Source: a virus
Taxonomy: Duplodnaviria > Caudoviricetes
DNA length: 55,299 bases
IMG/VR virus record: IMGVR_UViG_3300021982_000201
Span: 1 to 55,299 of that record
Reading direction: 5' to 3' (one strand)
Each line of letters begins with the position of its first letter. Position 1 is the first letter of the stretch. This document shows positions 27,639 to 37,116 of this stretch, piece after piece. The notes beneath the pieces are model-generated. The model had not been told where the DNA came from and ran no database searches. It saw only the letters and a program-made list of their open reading frames with translations. The translations under genes and the position numbers were made by a program.

Positions 27639-28064
27639 ATGGAATTTGAAATCAAAGGCGTCAATTACCGCACCGCCAAACTCGATGTTTTCCAGCAGCT
27701 GAAGGTCAGCAGAAAACTTCTGCCGGTGCTGGTCGGGCTGGTTAGTGAGTTTTCGACGCTGAAGGCGCAGGCTGTAGCCGGGAACTCCGGCGCTGTAGTG
27801 GAAAGTGTGTTGCCAAAAATAGCCGACACGCTGGCGGCATTGCCGGATGACGACGTTAACGCGGTGATTCATCCGTGCCTGGGCGTCGTTTCCCGCCAGC
27901 ACGAAAAGGGATGGGTGAAAGTTTTCGATCAGGGCGTGCTGATGTTCGACGACATCGACCTGTTCACGATGCTGCAGCTGGTGGCGCGGGTGGTCGCCGA
28001 CAGCCTGGGAAATTTTTTGAAAGAACTCCCCGCCAGCGGGACGGCCACCCCGCCAGCGGCCTGA
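27639..28064 (+). CDS. Tail assembly chaperone
   Basis: Between tube and tape measure; slippery site near 3' end. Confidence 0.82.
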   Translation: MEFEIKGVNYRTAKLDVFQQLKVSRKLLPVLVGLVSEFSTLKAQAVAGNSGAVVESVLPKIADTLAALPDDDVNAVIHPCLGVVSRQHEKGWVKVFDQGVLMFDDIDLFTMLQLVARVVADSLGNFLKELPASGTATPPAA

Positions 28065-28252
28065 CGCTTGAGTCCTTACCTGAAGGCGAAAGCTTCCTGA
28101 TGCGCCCGGTGGAAGCCGGGTATATCCCCTATACCGCACTGAAGGACGGATCAGTCGACCTGGCCGACATTGCCCGCATGAATGACTGGCTGGATCTCAA
28201 AGCCGATAACGACTACCGCATAGCGAAATGGAGAGAGGACAATGAACGCTGA
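28007..28252 (+). CDS. Tail assembly chaperone -1 frameshift extension (G-T-like)
   Basis: G GGA AAT / TTTTTTG at 28007-28019; -1 frame open to 28252. Confidence 0.7.
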   Translation, partial: GKFFERTPRQRDGHPASGLTLESLPEGESFLMRPVEAGYIPYTALKDGSVDLADIARMNDWLDLKADNDYRIAKWREDNER

Positions 28253-30158
28253 AACGCTCAAGGACTTTCTGATCTCGCTTGGGTTTAACGTTGACGAGGC
28301 TGGCGCCAGAAAATTTGATTCGGTGGTTACCGGAACGACGCTCAAGGCGATCGAGCTTGGTACCAAAGTGGAGTTGGCCGCTGCATCAGTCGTGGCGTAC
28401 ACCGCCAAAATCGCCAGTAGTCTGGATAACCTGTACTGGGCTTCTCAGCGTACTGGCGCGACAGTGCAGGGCATTAAGCAAATCGGGTATGCCGTCAGCC
28501 AGATGGGCGGCAGTGTTGACGCAGCACGCGGTTCCCTCGAAAACCTGTCACGGTTCGTGCGTAACAACCCTGGTGCTGAAGGCTTCCTGAATCGTCTTGG
28601 TGTGCAGACTCGCGATGCTAAAGGCAACATGCGGGATATGGCCAGCGTCTTCACCGGCGTCGGCCAGCGTCTTAGCAGCATGCCGTATTACAGGGCTAAT
28701 CAGTACGCACAGATGCTGGGTATTGATGAAAACACCCTGATGGCAATGCGTCGCGGTATCGGCCAGTTTAGTGGCCAATATACCGCAATGGCGAAAGCGA
28801 TCGGCTATAACGCCGGCGTGGCCGCTGTCAGTTCAAACAAGTTCATGACCTCGCTGCGCTCCTTCGGTCTGATGGCTGGCATGGCACGGGATAAAATCGG
28901 TTCCGGCCTCGCAGATGGTCTCGCCGGGTCGCTGGACCGGCTACGGCACCAGATACTGGACAATTTCCCGAAAATCGAAGGCGCAATCACCGCGACGGTT
29001 AAGGGTATCCTCTGGGCTGGTGAAATGGTCGGCAGGATGATTTACCGGCTCATGCAGTTAGGCCAGGGTATCAGTGACTGGTGGGATTCCCTGGATAAGC
29101 AGTCACAGGAGCTGATAGAGCTCCTCGGTGCGCTTACTGCTGCATGGTGGCTACTGAACCGCGCCATGATGGCGTCACCCATTACCTGGGTGCTTGGCCT
29201 TGCGGGGGCCATAGCGTTGCTTTGGGAGGATTACCAGACCTGGAAAGAGGGCGGCAAAAGCCTCATTGACTGGGAGAAATGGAAACCTGAAGTTGATGCC
29301 GCGCTTAAGATGGTTGGCGACCTGAAACAATCGGTCATCGATCTCGGGAAGGGGCTGACGAAGCTTCTGAACATCGACCCTAAATCCTGGTCACTGAAGT
29401 GGGACTTCAGCAACTTCATTACCCAGATGGGTGAGTTCAGCAAGATGCTGAGCATGATTGGTGATCTGCTGAATGCTATCAAAGATGGCCGCTGGTCAGA
29501 TGCTGCGAGTATCGGTAAGGCCCTGCTCAGGCAGGGAAGTGATCAGCCTGATGCGCTGCCTGGTGTATCAGATAGTGCGAATAGTGCTGCTGATTGGGTG
29601 AAAGAGAAAACGGGCTTCGACCCGCGCAGCCTCGGGCGTGCTTTCAGAGGGGATGGAAACACTCGTGCTGACCGCAACAACAACCCTGGCAATATCCGCC
29701 CGGTTGGCGGTGGGGGTTTCCGTACCTTCGAGAACGCCTTTCATGGCTGGACTGCCATGAAAAACCAACTGATGCGCTACTTCACCGGCAAAACCACAGG
29801 GCGCCGGCTGAAAACAATTATGGATATCGTCAGCACCTGGGCTCCAGCAGGAGATAACAACGATCCGCAGCTTTACGCCAAACAGGTTGCCGGATGGATG
29901 GGGGTATCACCTACGGCAGCGCTGAACCTGTCAGATCCGAATACGATGGGGGCACTAATGCAGTCTATGGCCCGCAAAGAAGGCTATTCGAACTGGAACA
30001 GCCCGCTGGCTTATCAGGCATCAGGTGCGCAGATTCAGCAGCATAATACCTACCATATTCAGGGCACGAACGCCCAGGAGATCGGACAGGAAGTCGGCCA
30101 GCGCCAGCTGGATGCGAATGCAAGGGTGTTACGTACTAACCAGAGCGGGGCGGGCTGA
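28242..30158 (+). CDS. Tape measure protein with C-terminal lysozyme-like domain
   Basis: KDFLISLGF start, Trp-periodic helical core, RNNNPGNIR...WAP...MARKEG domain. Confidence 0.85.
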   Translation: MNAETLKDFLISLGFNVDEAGARKFDSVVTGTTLKAIELGTKVELAAASVVAYTAKIASSLDNLYWASQRTGATVQGIKQIGYAVSQMGGSVDAARGSLENLSRFVRNNPGAEGFLNRLGVQTRDAKGNMRDMASVFTGVGQRLSSMPYYRANQYAQMLGIDENTLMAMRRGIGQFSGQYTAMAKAIGYNAGVAAVSSNKFMTSLRSFGLMAGMARDKIGSGLADGLAGSLDRLRHQILDNFPKIEGAITATVKGILWAGEMVGRMIYRLMQLGQGISDWWDSLDKQSQELIELLGALTAAWWLLNRAMMASPITWVLGLAGAIALLWEDYQTWKEGGKSLIDWEKWKPEVDAALKMVGDLKQSVIDLGKGLTKLLNIDPKSWSLKWDFSNFITQMGEFSKMLSMIGDLLNAIKDGRWSDAASIGKALLRQGSDQPDALPGVSDSANSAADWVKEKTGFDPRSLGRAFRGDGNTRADRNNNPGNIRPVGGGGFRTFENAFHGWTAMKNQLMRYFTGKTTGRRLKTIMDIVSTWAPAGDNNDPQLYAKQVAGWMGVSPTAALNLSDPNTMGALMQSMARKEGYSNWNSPLAYQASGAQIQQHNTYHIQGTNAQEIGQEVGQRQLDANARVLRTNQSGAG

Positions 30159-30733
30159 TGGATATTTTTTCAACGCTGTTTCAGCAGCAGAGCAGGAAGA
30201 TTGGACTGATCGTTCCCAGCGTCGTTATCTCTGAAAAGCACAATGACACGCTGGAAATTACAGAACACCCGGTGGAGGTTGGTTCTGCGATTTCTGACCA
30301 TGCCTACCGTCGCCCGTCAGAAGTGATCATGCAGGTTGGTTTTGCTGGTGGCGGGTCTCTGCTCGACTTTCTCGATACCACTTCAATCGGGTTGGGCGTC
30401 GGCCTTAGCCCGAAAGAAACGTATCAGGAGTTGCTGGACCTGCAGAACAGCAGGGTGCCTTTCGATGTGGTGACCGGTAAACGGATTTACACCAACATGC
30501 TGATCCGTGCGCTGGAAGTCACCACCGACAGGACATCAGAGAATGTGTTGTCTGCGGTTCTTACGCTGCGCGAGGTCATCATTACCAGTACAACCACCAC
30601 GCAGGTTGCAGCCAAAGAAGATATGAAACTGGGGGCTAATACTTCGGCTGTGCAGAACTCAGGAGTAAAAACGCCGACGGCGAAAAATGAGTCTCTGTTA
30701 AGCCGTCTCGCTGGCTACGCAACCGGAGGATAA
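30158..30733 (+). CDS. Baseplate / tail tube initiator protein
   Basis: ITEHPVE.G..ISDHAY motif after TMP. Confidence 0.8.
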   Translation: MDIFSTLFQQQSRKIGLIVPSVVISEKHNDTLEITEHPVEVGSAISDHAYRRPSEVIMQVGFAGGGSLLDFLDTTSIGLGVGLSPKETYQELLDLQNSRVPFDVVTGKRIYTNMLIRALEVTTDRTSENVLSAVLTLREVIITSTTTTQVAAKEDMKLGANTSAVQNSGVKTPTAKNESLLSRLAGYATGG

Positions 30734-31036
30734 ATGTCCGTATCAGAAATCCCGCTGTCACCAGAAAATCAGTCGTTTTCAATATCGCTGGCGGGGCAGA
30801 GTTTTCAGATAGCGGTTACCTGGCGTGCTGCGTTCTGGTGTCTGGACATCATGGACAGCGCTGGTGCTGACCTGATTAAAGGCGTACCGCTCATCACCGG
30901 CGCTGACCTGCTGGCGCAGTACGATTATCTCGGGCTGGGTTTTTCGCTTTATGTCGGCTGTGATAGCCCGGCTAGCGAAAACCCCACAGAAACCGATCTC
31001 GGAATAAACAGCCATCTTTACGCGGTAACGGAGTAA
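30734..31036 (+). CDS. Small baseplate protein
   Basis: GVPLITGADLLAQY; operon position. Confidence 0.75.
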   Translation: MSVSEIPLSPENQSFSISLAGQSFQIAVTWRAAFWCLDIMDSAGADLIKGVPLITGADLLAQYDYLGLGFSLYVGCDSPASENPTETDLGINSHLYAVTE

Positions 31037-31038
31037 CC

Positions 31039-32103
31039 ATGTCACAGAACTGGATGCGGCATTTTGAGCTGCAGCTTGTCGACTCGAAAGGCAACGCTAC
31101 CGACTTCGGTAGCTTCAAGGTCACTTTTACCATCGACTGGTTCAATCTGAGCAGTGAAACGCGGGTAGGGACCTTCAAGGTGTATAACCTGGCCGCTGAT
31201 ACCGTTAACCGGATTGTTGGTGATGAATTTACCCGTATCCGGGTAATTGCCGGTTACGATGGGGTTGCAGCAGATGTTTCCGCCAGCCAGGTCGGTACAG
31301 CGCGAAGGGTAAACCCCGATGACGTGGGCCAGATGGACGGGCGGAACTACGGGCTTATCTTTGATGGCGAGATCCGCTACACCATCACCGGCAAAGATAA
31401 CCCCATCGACAGCTTTGTGCTGATACAGGCGGCTGACTCAGACCGGGCATTTGCAACTTCGATCACGACGCAGACACTTGCGGCGGGCTATACGGTTGCA
31501 GATGTCAATGCGGCACTGATGAATGATTTCAATGCAAAAGGCGTGACAGAGGGTAACACTCCGGCCATGCCTGCGACTGTTTACCCGCGTGGCCGGGTGC
31601 TGTTTGGCATGACGCGTCACCTGATGGATAACGTTGCCGAACAATGCCAGGCTGACTGGATGTTTGTTGATGGTAAGCGTGAGATGGTGGCGAAAAACGA
31701 AGTCGTTCACGATGCTATTAAGCTGAACAGCGCCACTGGCCTCATCGGCATGCCACAACAGACTATCGGCAGCGGCGTTAACGTACGCTGTCTGATTAAC
31801 CCCAATATCCGGGTTAATGGGCTGATAGAGTTGAATCAGGCCTCTGTCTACCGCACGGTGCTGGGCAATAACGACATAGCTATGACTCAGGGGCGCATCA
31901 CCGACCAGAATAACAACGGCAACATCACCGTTGAGGGTACTACCGCACAACCCGCGAGCATTGCGACCGACGGCGTTTATATTGTGCGCGGCATTATGTA
32001 CACTGGCGACACAAGGGGCCAGGCGTGGTACATGGATATGATGTGTGAAGCGCGTGGTGCATATGATATTGCATCCGGTTCGGCTTTGCAGAGAGGGTTG
32101 TAG
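31039..32103 (+). CDS. Baseplate hub protein
   Basis: VYNL, IAGY, TGLIGMP, GDTRGQAWY motifs. Confidence 0.82.
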   Translation: MSQNWMRHFELQLVDSKGNATDFGSFKVTFTIDWFNLSSETRVGTFKVYNLAADTVNRIVGDEFTRIRVIAGYDGVAADVSASQVGTARRVNPDDVGQMDGRNYGLIFDGEIRYTITGKDNPIDSFVLIQAADSDRAFATSITTQTLAAGYTVADVNAALMNDFNAKGVTEGNTPAMPATVYPRGRVLFGMTRHLMDNVAEQCQADWMFVDGKREMVAKNEVVHDAIKLNSATGLIGMPQQTIGSGVNVRCLINPNIRVNGLIELNQASVYRTVLGNNDIAMTQGRITDQNNNGNITVEGTTAQPASIATDGVYIVRGIMYTGDTRGQAWYMDMMCEARGAYDIASGSALQRGL

Positions 32104-32106
32104 CAA

Positions 32107-32454
32107 ATGAGGTTGTGGATAATCTCGTTGTTGGCAGTGGCTTCAGTTGGGGCGACTGCTGGCACCATTACTATGCAGTGTGGTGGTTTCCGAATGGAGG
32201 CTATCCCTGATTCTTTGTTCAAGATTAACGGCGAAACTGTGACCTCCCAGAAAATTAAGACCCTCGGGAATGGTAATGGAATGCGCGTGGATATGGGCCT
32301 AATGCCCGCTAAAGACGGCAACAACTACGGATTTCAGTACATTCATCGTCCTGGCACTGAATTTCGATTCCTGAACGTTCAACTTCTTCAAAGCGGTATG
32401 GGCGCCCCTAAGATTATCGGGTCATTTCCGTGCAGGAAGCTGAATCATGAATGA
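32107..32454 (+). CDS. Secreted/periplasmic hypothetical protein
   Basis: Sec signal peptide, two Cys near mature termini. Confidence 0.7.
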   Translation: MRLWIISLLAVASVGATAGTITMQCGGFRMEAIPDSLFKINGETVTSQKIKTLGNGNGMRVDMGLMPAKDGNNYGFQYIHRPGTEFRFLNVQLLQSGMGAPKIIGSFPCRKLNHE

Positions 32455-33004
32455 TTGTGGAGGCAATATAAAAACTATTGAGGATCAAGAAAAAGAACTT
32501 ATCGATAAGGCTGAATTATTGATCGAACACCAAAAAGAGCAATACGAATCTTCAGTTGAAAGAGTTCGCCGCTTGGAAGATAAGGCACTCAAAACATTTG
32601 GGTCGCTAAACCTTATTATTACAGTGGCACTTCTTATAGTTAGATATTGGTGGGTGGATATATTTCCTGGTAAATACACACCTTTGCATGCATTTTGTTG
32701 GCTTTCACTTTCTGTATTTATGGTTATGTATTTTATTTCATGGGGGTTTTCTTTTAGCGCAATGCAACTAAAGGACTTGGAGTGTCCTTCTTCAGATGCC
32801 CAGGATATGGAAATGTTTTATATGGGGAATAAAATATACAATTCACTTTCATCCTATGCAAAGGAATACTCCAGGCTTGCAGGTGTTGTGGATAACATCC
32901 ATAAAGATAAAATTAGGTTGATCAATAACTGTTTTGAAGCAATGCTTATCGGGGCTTGGTCGTTTACTGCTTTTTTAATTTCCGTTGTAATTATTAAAAT
33001 TTAA
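32447..33004 (+). CDS. AT-rich three-TM membrane protein (moron, PycTM-like topology)
   Basis: Three hydrophobic segments, low GC relative to flanks. Confidence 0.75.
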   Translation: MNDCGGNIKTIEDQEKELIDKAELLIEHQKEQYESSVERVRRLEDKALKTFGSLNLIITVALLIVRYWWVDIFPGKYTPLHAFCWLSLSVFMVMYFISWGFSFSAMQLKDLECPSSDAQDMEMFYMGNKIYNSLSSYAKEYSRLAGVVDNIHKDKIRLINNCFEAMLIGAWSFTAFLISVVIIKI

Positions 33005-33018
33005 CTAATGAGGCTCGC

Positions 33019-33204
33019 ATGTCAGAAAATAATAAAGGTAATAATCAGCAAAGAGGAAATACACCTTCAACTGGTAAAGATCAAAAGTCTAATAGTGTTT
33101 CTACCCCATCAGAGCCTATTAAGTATGATAGCTCCATACCTGTGCCAGGAAGTAAGGTTGTGACGGAAAGCTATCAACCGCCAGTTAGTAAAAAACAAAA
33201 ATAA
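33019..33204 (+). CDS. Small hydrophilic hypothetical protein
   Basis: GAGG RBS, 61 aa, ends at terminator. Confidence 0.55.
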   Translation: MSENNKGNNQQRGNTPSTGKDQKSNSVSTPSEPIKYDSSIPVPGSKVVTESYQPPVSKKQK

Positions 33205-33207
33205 TAC

Positions 33208-33230
33208 AGGCCCGCTTCGGCGGGCTTTTT
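33208..33230 (+). terminator. Intrinsic terminator after moron
   Basis: GCCCGC-TTCG-GCGGGC plus T5. Confidence 0.8.
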
Positions 33231-33249
33231 AATGCCTGGAGTTAAGTAA

Positions 33250-34002
33250 ATGGCAGTATCCGATAAAACCCGCAGTGGTGCGCTGGCGGAGGTTCTGGCA
33301 TCAGAGCGAAAGACTACCAGCGAACAACTACGCGTAGCGCTACCCGGCATCATCCAGTCATTTGACCCGGATGCTGTCACAGCTGTTGTTCAGCCGGCAA
33401 TCCGCTACGTCGAACGAGATAACGACGGCAACAAAAGCACGAAGGATTACCCGCTGCTGGTGGACGTTCCTGTCGTTTTTCCCCGTGGTGGTGGCTGTAC
33501 GCTGACTTTTCCCGTTAAAGAAGGTGATGAATGCCTGGTGATATTTGCCGACCGCTGCATTGATTTCTGGTGGCAGAGCGGAGGCATACAGGAGCCGGTA
33601 GACGGGCGCATGCACGATTTATCGGATGCCTTCTGTATTGTCGGCCCGCAGTCGCAGGCGAAGAAAATTAGTGGCATCAGCACTTCGGCAGCTCAGTTTC
33701 GAAGTGATGATGGGAGCACCTATCTGGAAATTGACCCTACGACTAAGAAGATAAAATTAGTCGCACCAGGCGGTCTTGACGTCATTACACCGATGGCTGA
33801 CTTTTCCGAACAGGTTACCATTCATGGCCTGCTGTCCTGGATGGGCGGGATGGTCGGGTCTGTTGCATCAGGCATCGCCTCGACCATCACCGGCGCTGTT
33901 GAGTTTATCGGCACTGTTAAAGCTAACGGAAAATCAATCGATGATACGCATACTCACGGCGGGGTGCAGCATGGCACCGACGATACGGATGAGGTGAACT
34001 GA
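33250..34002 (+). CDS. Baseplate puncturing spike (gp138/gpV-like)
   Basis: DVPVVFP, GDECLV.FADRCID, RMHDLSDA, C-terminal HTH.GV iron-binding motif. Confidence 0.88.
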   Translation: MAVSDKTRSGALAEVLASERKTTSEQLRVALPGIIQSFDPDAVTAVVQPAIRYVERDNDGNKSTKDYPLLVDVPVVFPRGGGCTLTFPVKEGDECLVIFADRCIDFWWQSGGIQEPVDGRMHDLSDAFCIVGPQSQAKKISGISTSAAQFRSDDGSTYLEIDPTTKKIKLVAPGGLDVITPMADFSEQVTIHGLLSWMGGMVGSVASGIASTITGAVEFIGTVKANGKSIDDTHTHGGVQHGTDDTDEVN

Positions 34003-34355
34003 TGCGCTACAGACGTGAAGACGATGACGGTGATTACACCTTTGGCCAGGGCGATGATACCTGGCTGGTAAACTCTCCTGAGACCGTCGCGCAGGCTATT
34101 AAAACGCGCTTTCTGCTCTGGTACGGTCAGTGGTTCCTCGATACCACCGAGGGAACGCCCTGGATTCAGTCCGTACTGGGTAAGCAAAAGCCTGACACCT
34201 ACAACCTGGCTATCCGCCGGCGCATCCTGGAAACGCAGGGCGTGAGCGCAATCACCGAATTTAACACCGAAGTTGACGGCCGTACGCGCCGTGTAACGTT
34301 CACAGCAACGGTAGAAACCATCTACGGGACAACCACAGTAACCTCGGAGGCGTAA
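34002..34355 (+). CDS. Baseplate wedge / sheath initiator
   Basis: GQWFLDTTEGTPW motif. Confidence 0.8.
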   Translation: MRYRREDDDGDYTFGQGDDTWLVNSPETVAQAIKTRFLLWYGQWFLDTTEGTPWIQSVLGKQKPDTYNLAIRRRILETQGVSAITEFNTEVDGRTRRVTFTATVETIYGTTTVTSEA

Positions 34356-35554
34356 TGTCTTTGGACCTCGACACACTCGGCTTATCGGCAACGGTAACCG
34401 CTGAGGGGATTAGTGCGCCCGACTATCAAACCGTGCTGGATACCATCACCGGCTATTTCCAGCAGATTTATGGCAGTGATGCTTATCTGGAACCTGACAG
34501 CAAAGACGGCCAACTGGTGGCGCTGGTGGCGCTGGCCATTCACGACGCCAATAACACGGCCATCTCGGTTTACCGGTCGTTCTCGCCGGCGATAGCTCTG
34601 GGTGACGCGCTGACGAGCAACGTCAAAATTAACGGCATCACCCGGCGTGCAGCGACAAATTCAACTGTCGATCTACTGCTGACCGGTACCGTCGGTACGA
34701 CCATCACCAACGGCTCAGTACGCGACACAAACAGCGTGGTCTGGAATCTGCCTGCAACGGTAGTCATTGGCTCCGATGGGACAGTGGTAGCTACGGCCAC
34801 CTGCGCGAACTCGGGAGCAGTCGCCGCAGTGGCGGGGTCGGTAAACGGCATCAACACACCTACGCGCGGATGGGCTTCGGTAACTAACCCGCTGGCGGCT
34901 ACAGTAGGCGTAGCAGCGGAAACAGATGCAGAACTACGCGTAAGGCAGTCGCAAAGCGTCGCGCTGGCGTCTCTCACGCCATTTGATGCGGTAGATGGTG
35001 CGATTGCCAACGTTGAAGGCGTGACCCGTCACAAACTGTTTGAGAACGACCAGGAGGTGACGGATTCAAACGGACTTCCTCCGCACTCGATCTCGGCGAT
35101 TGTCGAGGGTGGTGATGCAACGGAAATCGCTAACACTATCCGCAGCGTTAAAGGGCAGGGCGTATCCACTTACGGCACTACGTCCGTGATAGTCACCGAC
35201 AAATACGGCAACCCCTATACCATCCGCTTTTCCCGGCCGGTGGATGTACCGATCTATGTGTCGATCACGCTCAAAGCGCTCACTGGCTACAGCTCGCAGG
35301 TTGGCGATGAAATCAAGGCGGCCGTGGCTGCATATATTAACTCTTTGGCTATCGGCGACAGCGTGCTGCTGAGTCGCGTTTACTCCCCTGCCAACCTGGG
35401 CGTTGTCAGCGGCGGTAACGCGCGTTATTACGACATCATGGAGCTGCTGATAGGGCGCTCTTCCGATGATGTAGCCGCGGCTAATGTGGTGGTTGCGTAC
35501 GACGAATCGGCATCCTGCAGCGTGGATAACATTGTGCTGGTGGTGACGCCATGA
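34355..35554 (+). CDS. Baseplate J/gp47 family protein
   Basis: ETDAELRVR, LPPHSI..IVEGG. Confidence 0.9.
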   Translation: MSLDLDTLGLSATVTAEGISAPDYQTVLDTITGYFQQIYGSDAYLEPDSKDGQLVALVALAIHDANNTAISVYRSFSPAIALGDALTSNVKINGITRRAATNSTVDLLLTGTVGTTITNGSVRDTNSVVWNLPATVVIGSDGTVVATATCANSGAVAAVAGSVNGINTPTRGWASVTNPLAATVGVAAETDAELRVRQSQSVALASLTPFDAVDGAIANVEGVTRHKLFENDQEVTDSNGLPPHSISAIVEGGDATEIANTIRSVKGQGVSTYGTTSVIVTDKYGNPYTIRFSRPVDVPIYVSITLKALTGYSSQVGDEIKAAVAAYINSLAIGDSVLLSRVYSPANLGVVSGGNARYYDIMELLIGRSSDDVAAANVVVAYDESASCSVDNIVLVVTP

Positions 35555-36324
35555 GCAAATACACCGACCTGATAACCAATTACCATGCCGGTAAGCCAAA
35601 ATTCGTCGACCATGTTGACTTGTCTACCCGGCCGCTGATTGATGTTTCTGCTGCGACTGCCGGACTCATCACGGCCTTTGATGTTGACACCGCCGTGGGC
35701 GACCAGCTGGATATTCTCGGGGAATGGATCGGCGTATCCCGCGCGGTAGCGGCGCCTATCACTGGCGTTTTCCTCCAGTGGGATAAAGAGCGAGTGGGCT
35801 GGGATCAGGGTATCTGGCTGGGCCCTTATCAGTCCACCGACGCTTTGACGTATCTCAGCGATGACGTGTACCGCGTAGTGCTTAAGGCCCGTATAGGGAT
35901 AAACAACTGGAACGGTCAGAACGGCACGCTGCCGGATATTCTCGAAACAGCCCTTGAGGGCACCGGAATAAAAATGATTATCCTGGATAACCAGGACATG
36001 TCTATATCCGTTTTAATCGTCGTGGATGATGAATATATCATTCCCAATATTGACCGGTTGATATTTGACTCTGCAATTAACCACGGCCCGTTTATACCAC
36101 TTCCGGAAGGATATGAGCCATCCCGCTACGATATAAACCCGATAGATAAACTTCCTGCTGAATTTGTTTTTGTCATTCGCGCTGGTCTTTTGACGGTAAA
36201 AGCCGCCGGGGTGCGAATCAGGGAAACCATTACACCATCCAACGGATATAAATTTTTTGGATTTGACGTCGATAACGATTACATCGCTGGTTTTGATTCC
36301 GGCGCATGGGGAGAAACATTCTGA
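35551..36324 (+). CDS. Baseplate wedge protein (DUF2612-type)
   Basis: AVGDQLDILGEWIGVSR, LSDDVYR, FFGFD. Confidence 0.85.
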   Translation: MSKYTDLITNYHAGKPKFVDHVDLSTRPLIDVSAATAGLITAFDVDTAVGDQLDILGEWIGVSRAVAAPITGVFLQWDKERVGWDQGIWLGPYQSTDALTYLSDDVYRVVLKARIGINNWNGQNGTLPDILETALEGTGIKMIILDNQDMSISVLIVVDDEYIIPNIDRLIFDSAINHGPFIPLPEGYEPSRYDINPIDKLPAEFVFVIRAGLLTVKAAGVRIRETITPSNGYKFFGFDVDNDYIAGFDSGAWGETF

Positions 36325-37097
36325 TGGCTGAAAATAATTTTAAGCCGTTTGCCGTTGGTGCAGGTGCAAACGTGTCCTCACAGACAGACTGGGAAAATCT
36401 GCTTGCATTGTCTACCGGTTTTACCGCGGGGATAGCCCGCTCTGAACAGGTCAACAAAGCGCTGCGGCAGGGTACCGTAATGGCGAGCGTTCTGGGGCAG
36501 ATAATTCTGGAGCAAACCGCCGAGGATGTCCTGGATAACGGGGACACAGATGCGCTAAAAGTCCAGTTATTATCGGCCCTTGCCTCATTACAAATTGATT
36601 CCGTATACCCGGTGGGTGCGGTGTTGTTCTTCGCTCAGAACAAAAACCCCAACGCGCTTTTCCCTGGCACAACCTGGAATTATATCGGAGAAAACAAAAC
36701 AATCCGACTTGGGCTTCAGGACGGATCGGATGTTCTGGATACGGGGGGTGCGGATACGGTATCTCTTGCCAAAGCAAACTTACCTGCACAGGCATTGAGT
36801 ATTACCGGAACTGCATCTTCAGTTGATCTGGGCACAAAAACTACCGACAGCCAGGGTGACCACTCGCACGGCTGGGGTAGCTCAATGCAGAAACAAGGTG
36901 GTTCAGATCAGGCGGTGGGCTCTAATGGCGGTACTGATTTTGGCACTACATCAACGGGTGGGGCGCATACCCACAGCGTTGCCTTAGGTTCCCACAGTCA
37001 TGGTGTTTCCGGTAATACCGAAAACATGGGTAGTGGTACCGCATTAAATATTACCAACTCCTACGTAAAACTAATGGGTTGGTATCGTTCTGCCTGA
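36324..37097 (+). CDS. Short tail fibre / baseplate protein
   Basis: NNFKPFA..GANV..Q, QVNKALRQ, YPVGAV, HSH/HTH repeats. Confidence 0.8.
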   Translation: MAENNFKPFAVGAGANVSSQTDWENLLALSTGFTAGIARSEQVNKALRQGTVMASVLGQIILEQTAEDVLDNGDTDALKVQLLSALASLQIDSVYPVGAVLFFAQNKNPNALFPGTTWNYIGENKTIRLGLQDGSDVLDTGGADTVSLAKANLPAQALSITGTASSVDLGTKTTDSQGDHSHGWGSSMQKQGGSDQAVGSNGGTDFGTTSTGGAHTHSVALGSHSHGVSGNTENMGSGTALNITNSYVKLMGWYRSA

Positions 37098-37116
37098 ATA
37101 TACCTGAGGTAAAATA

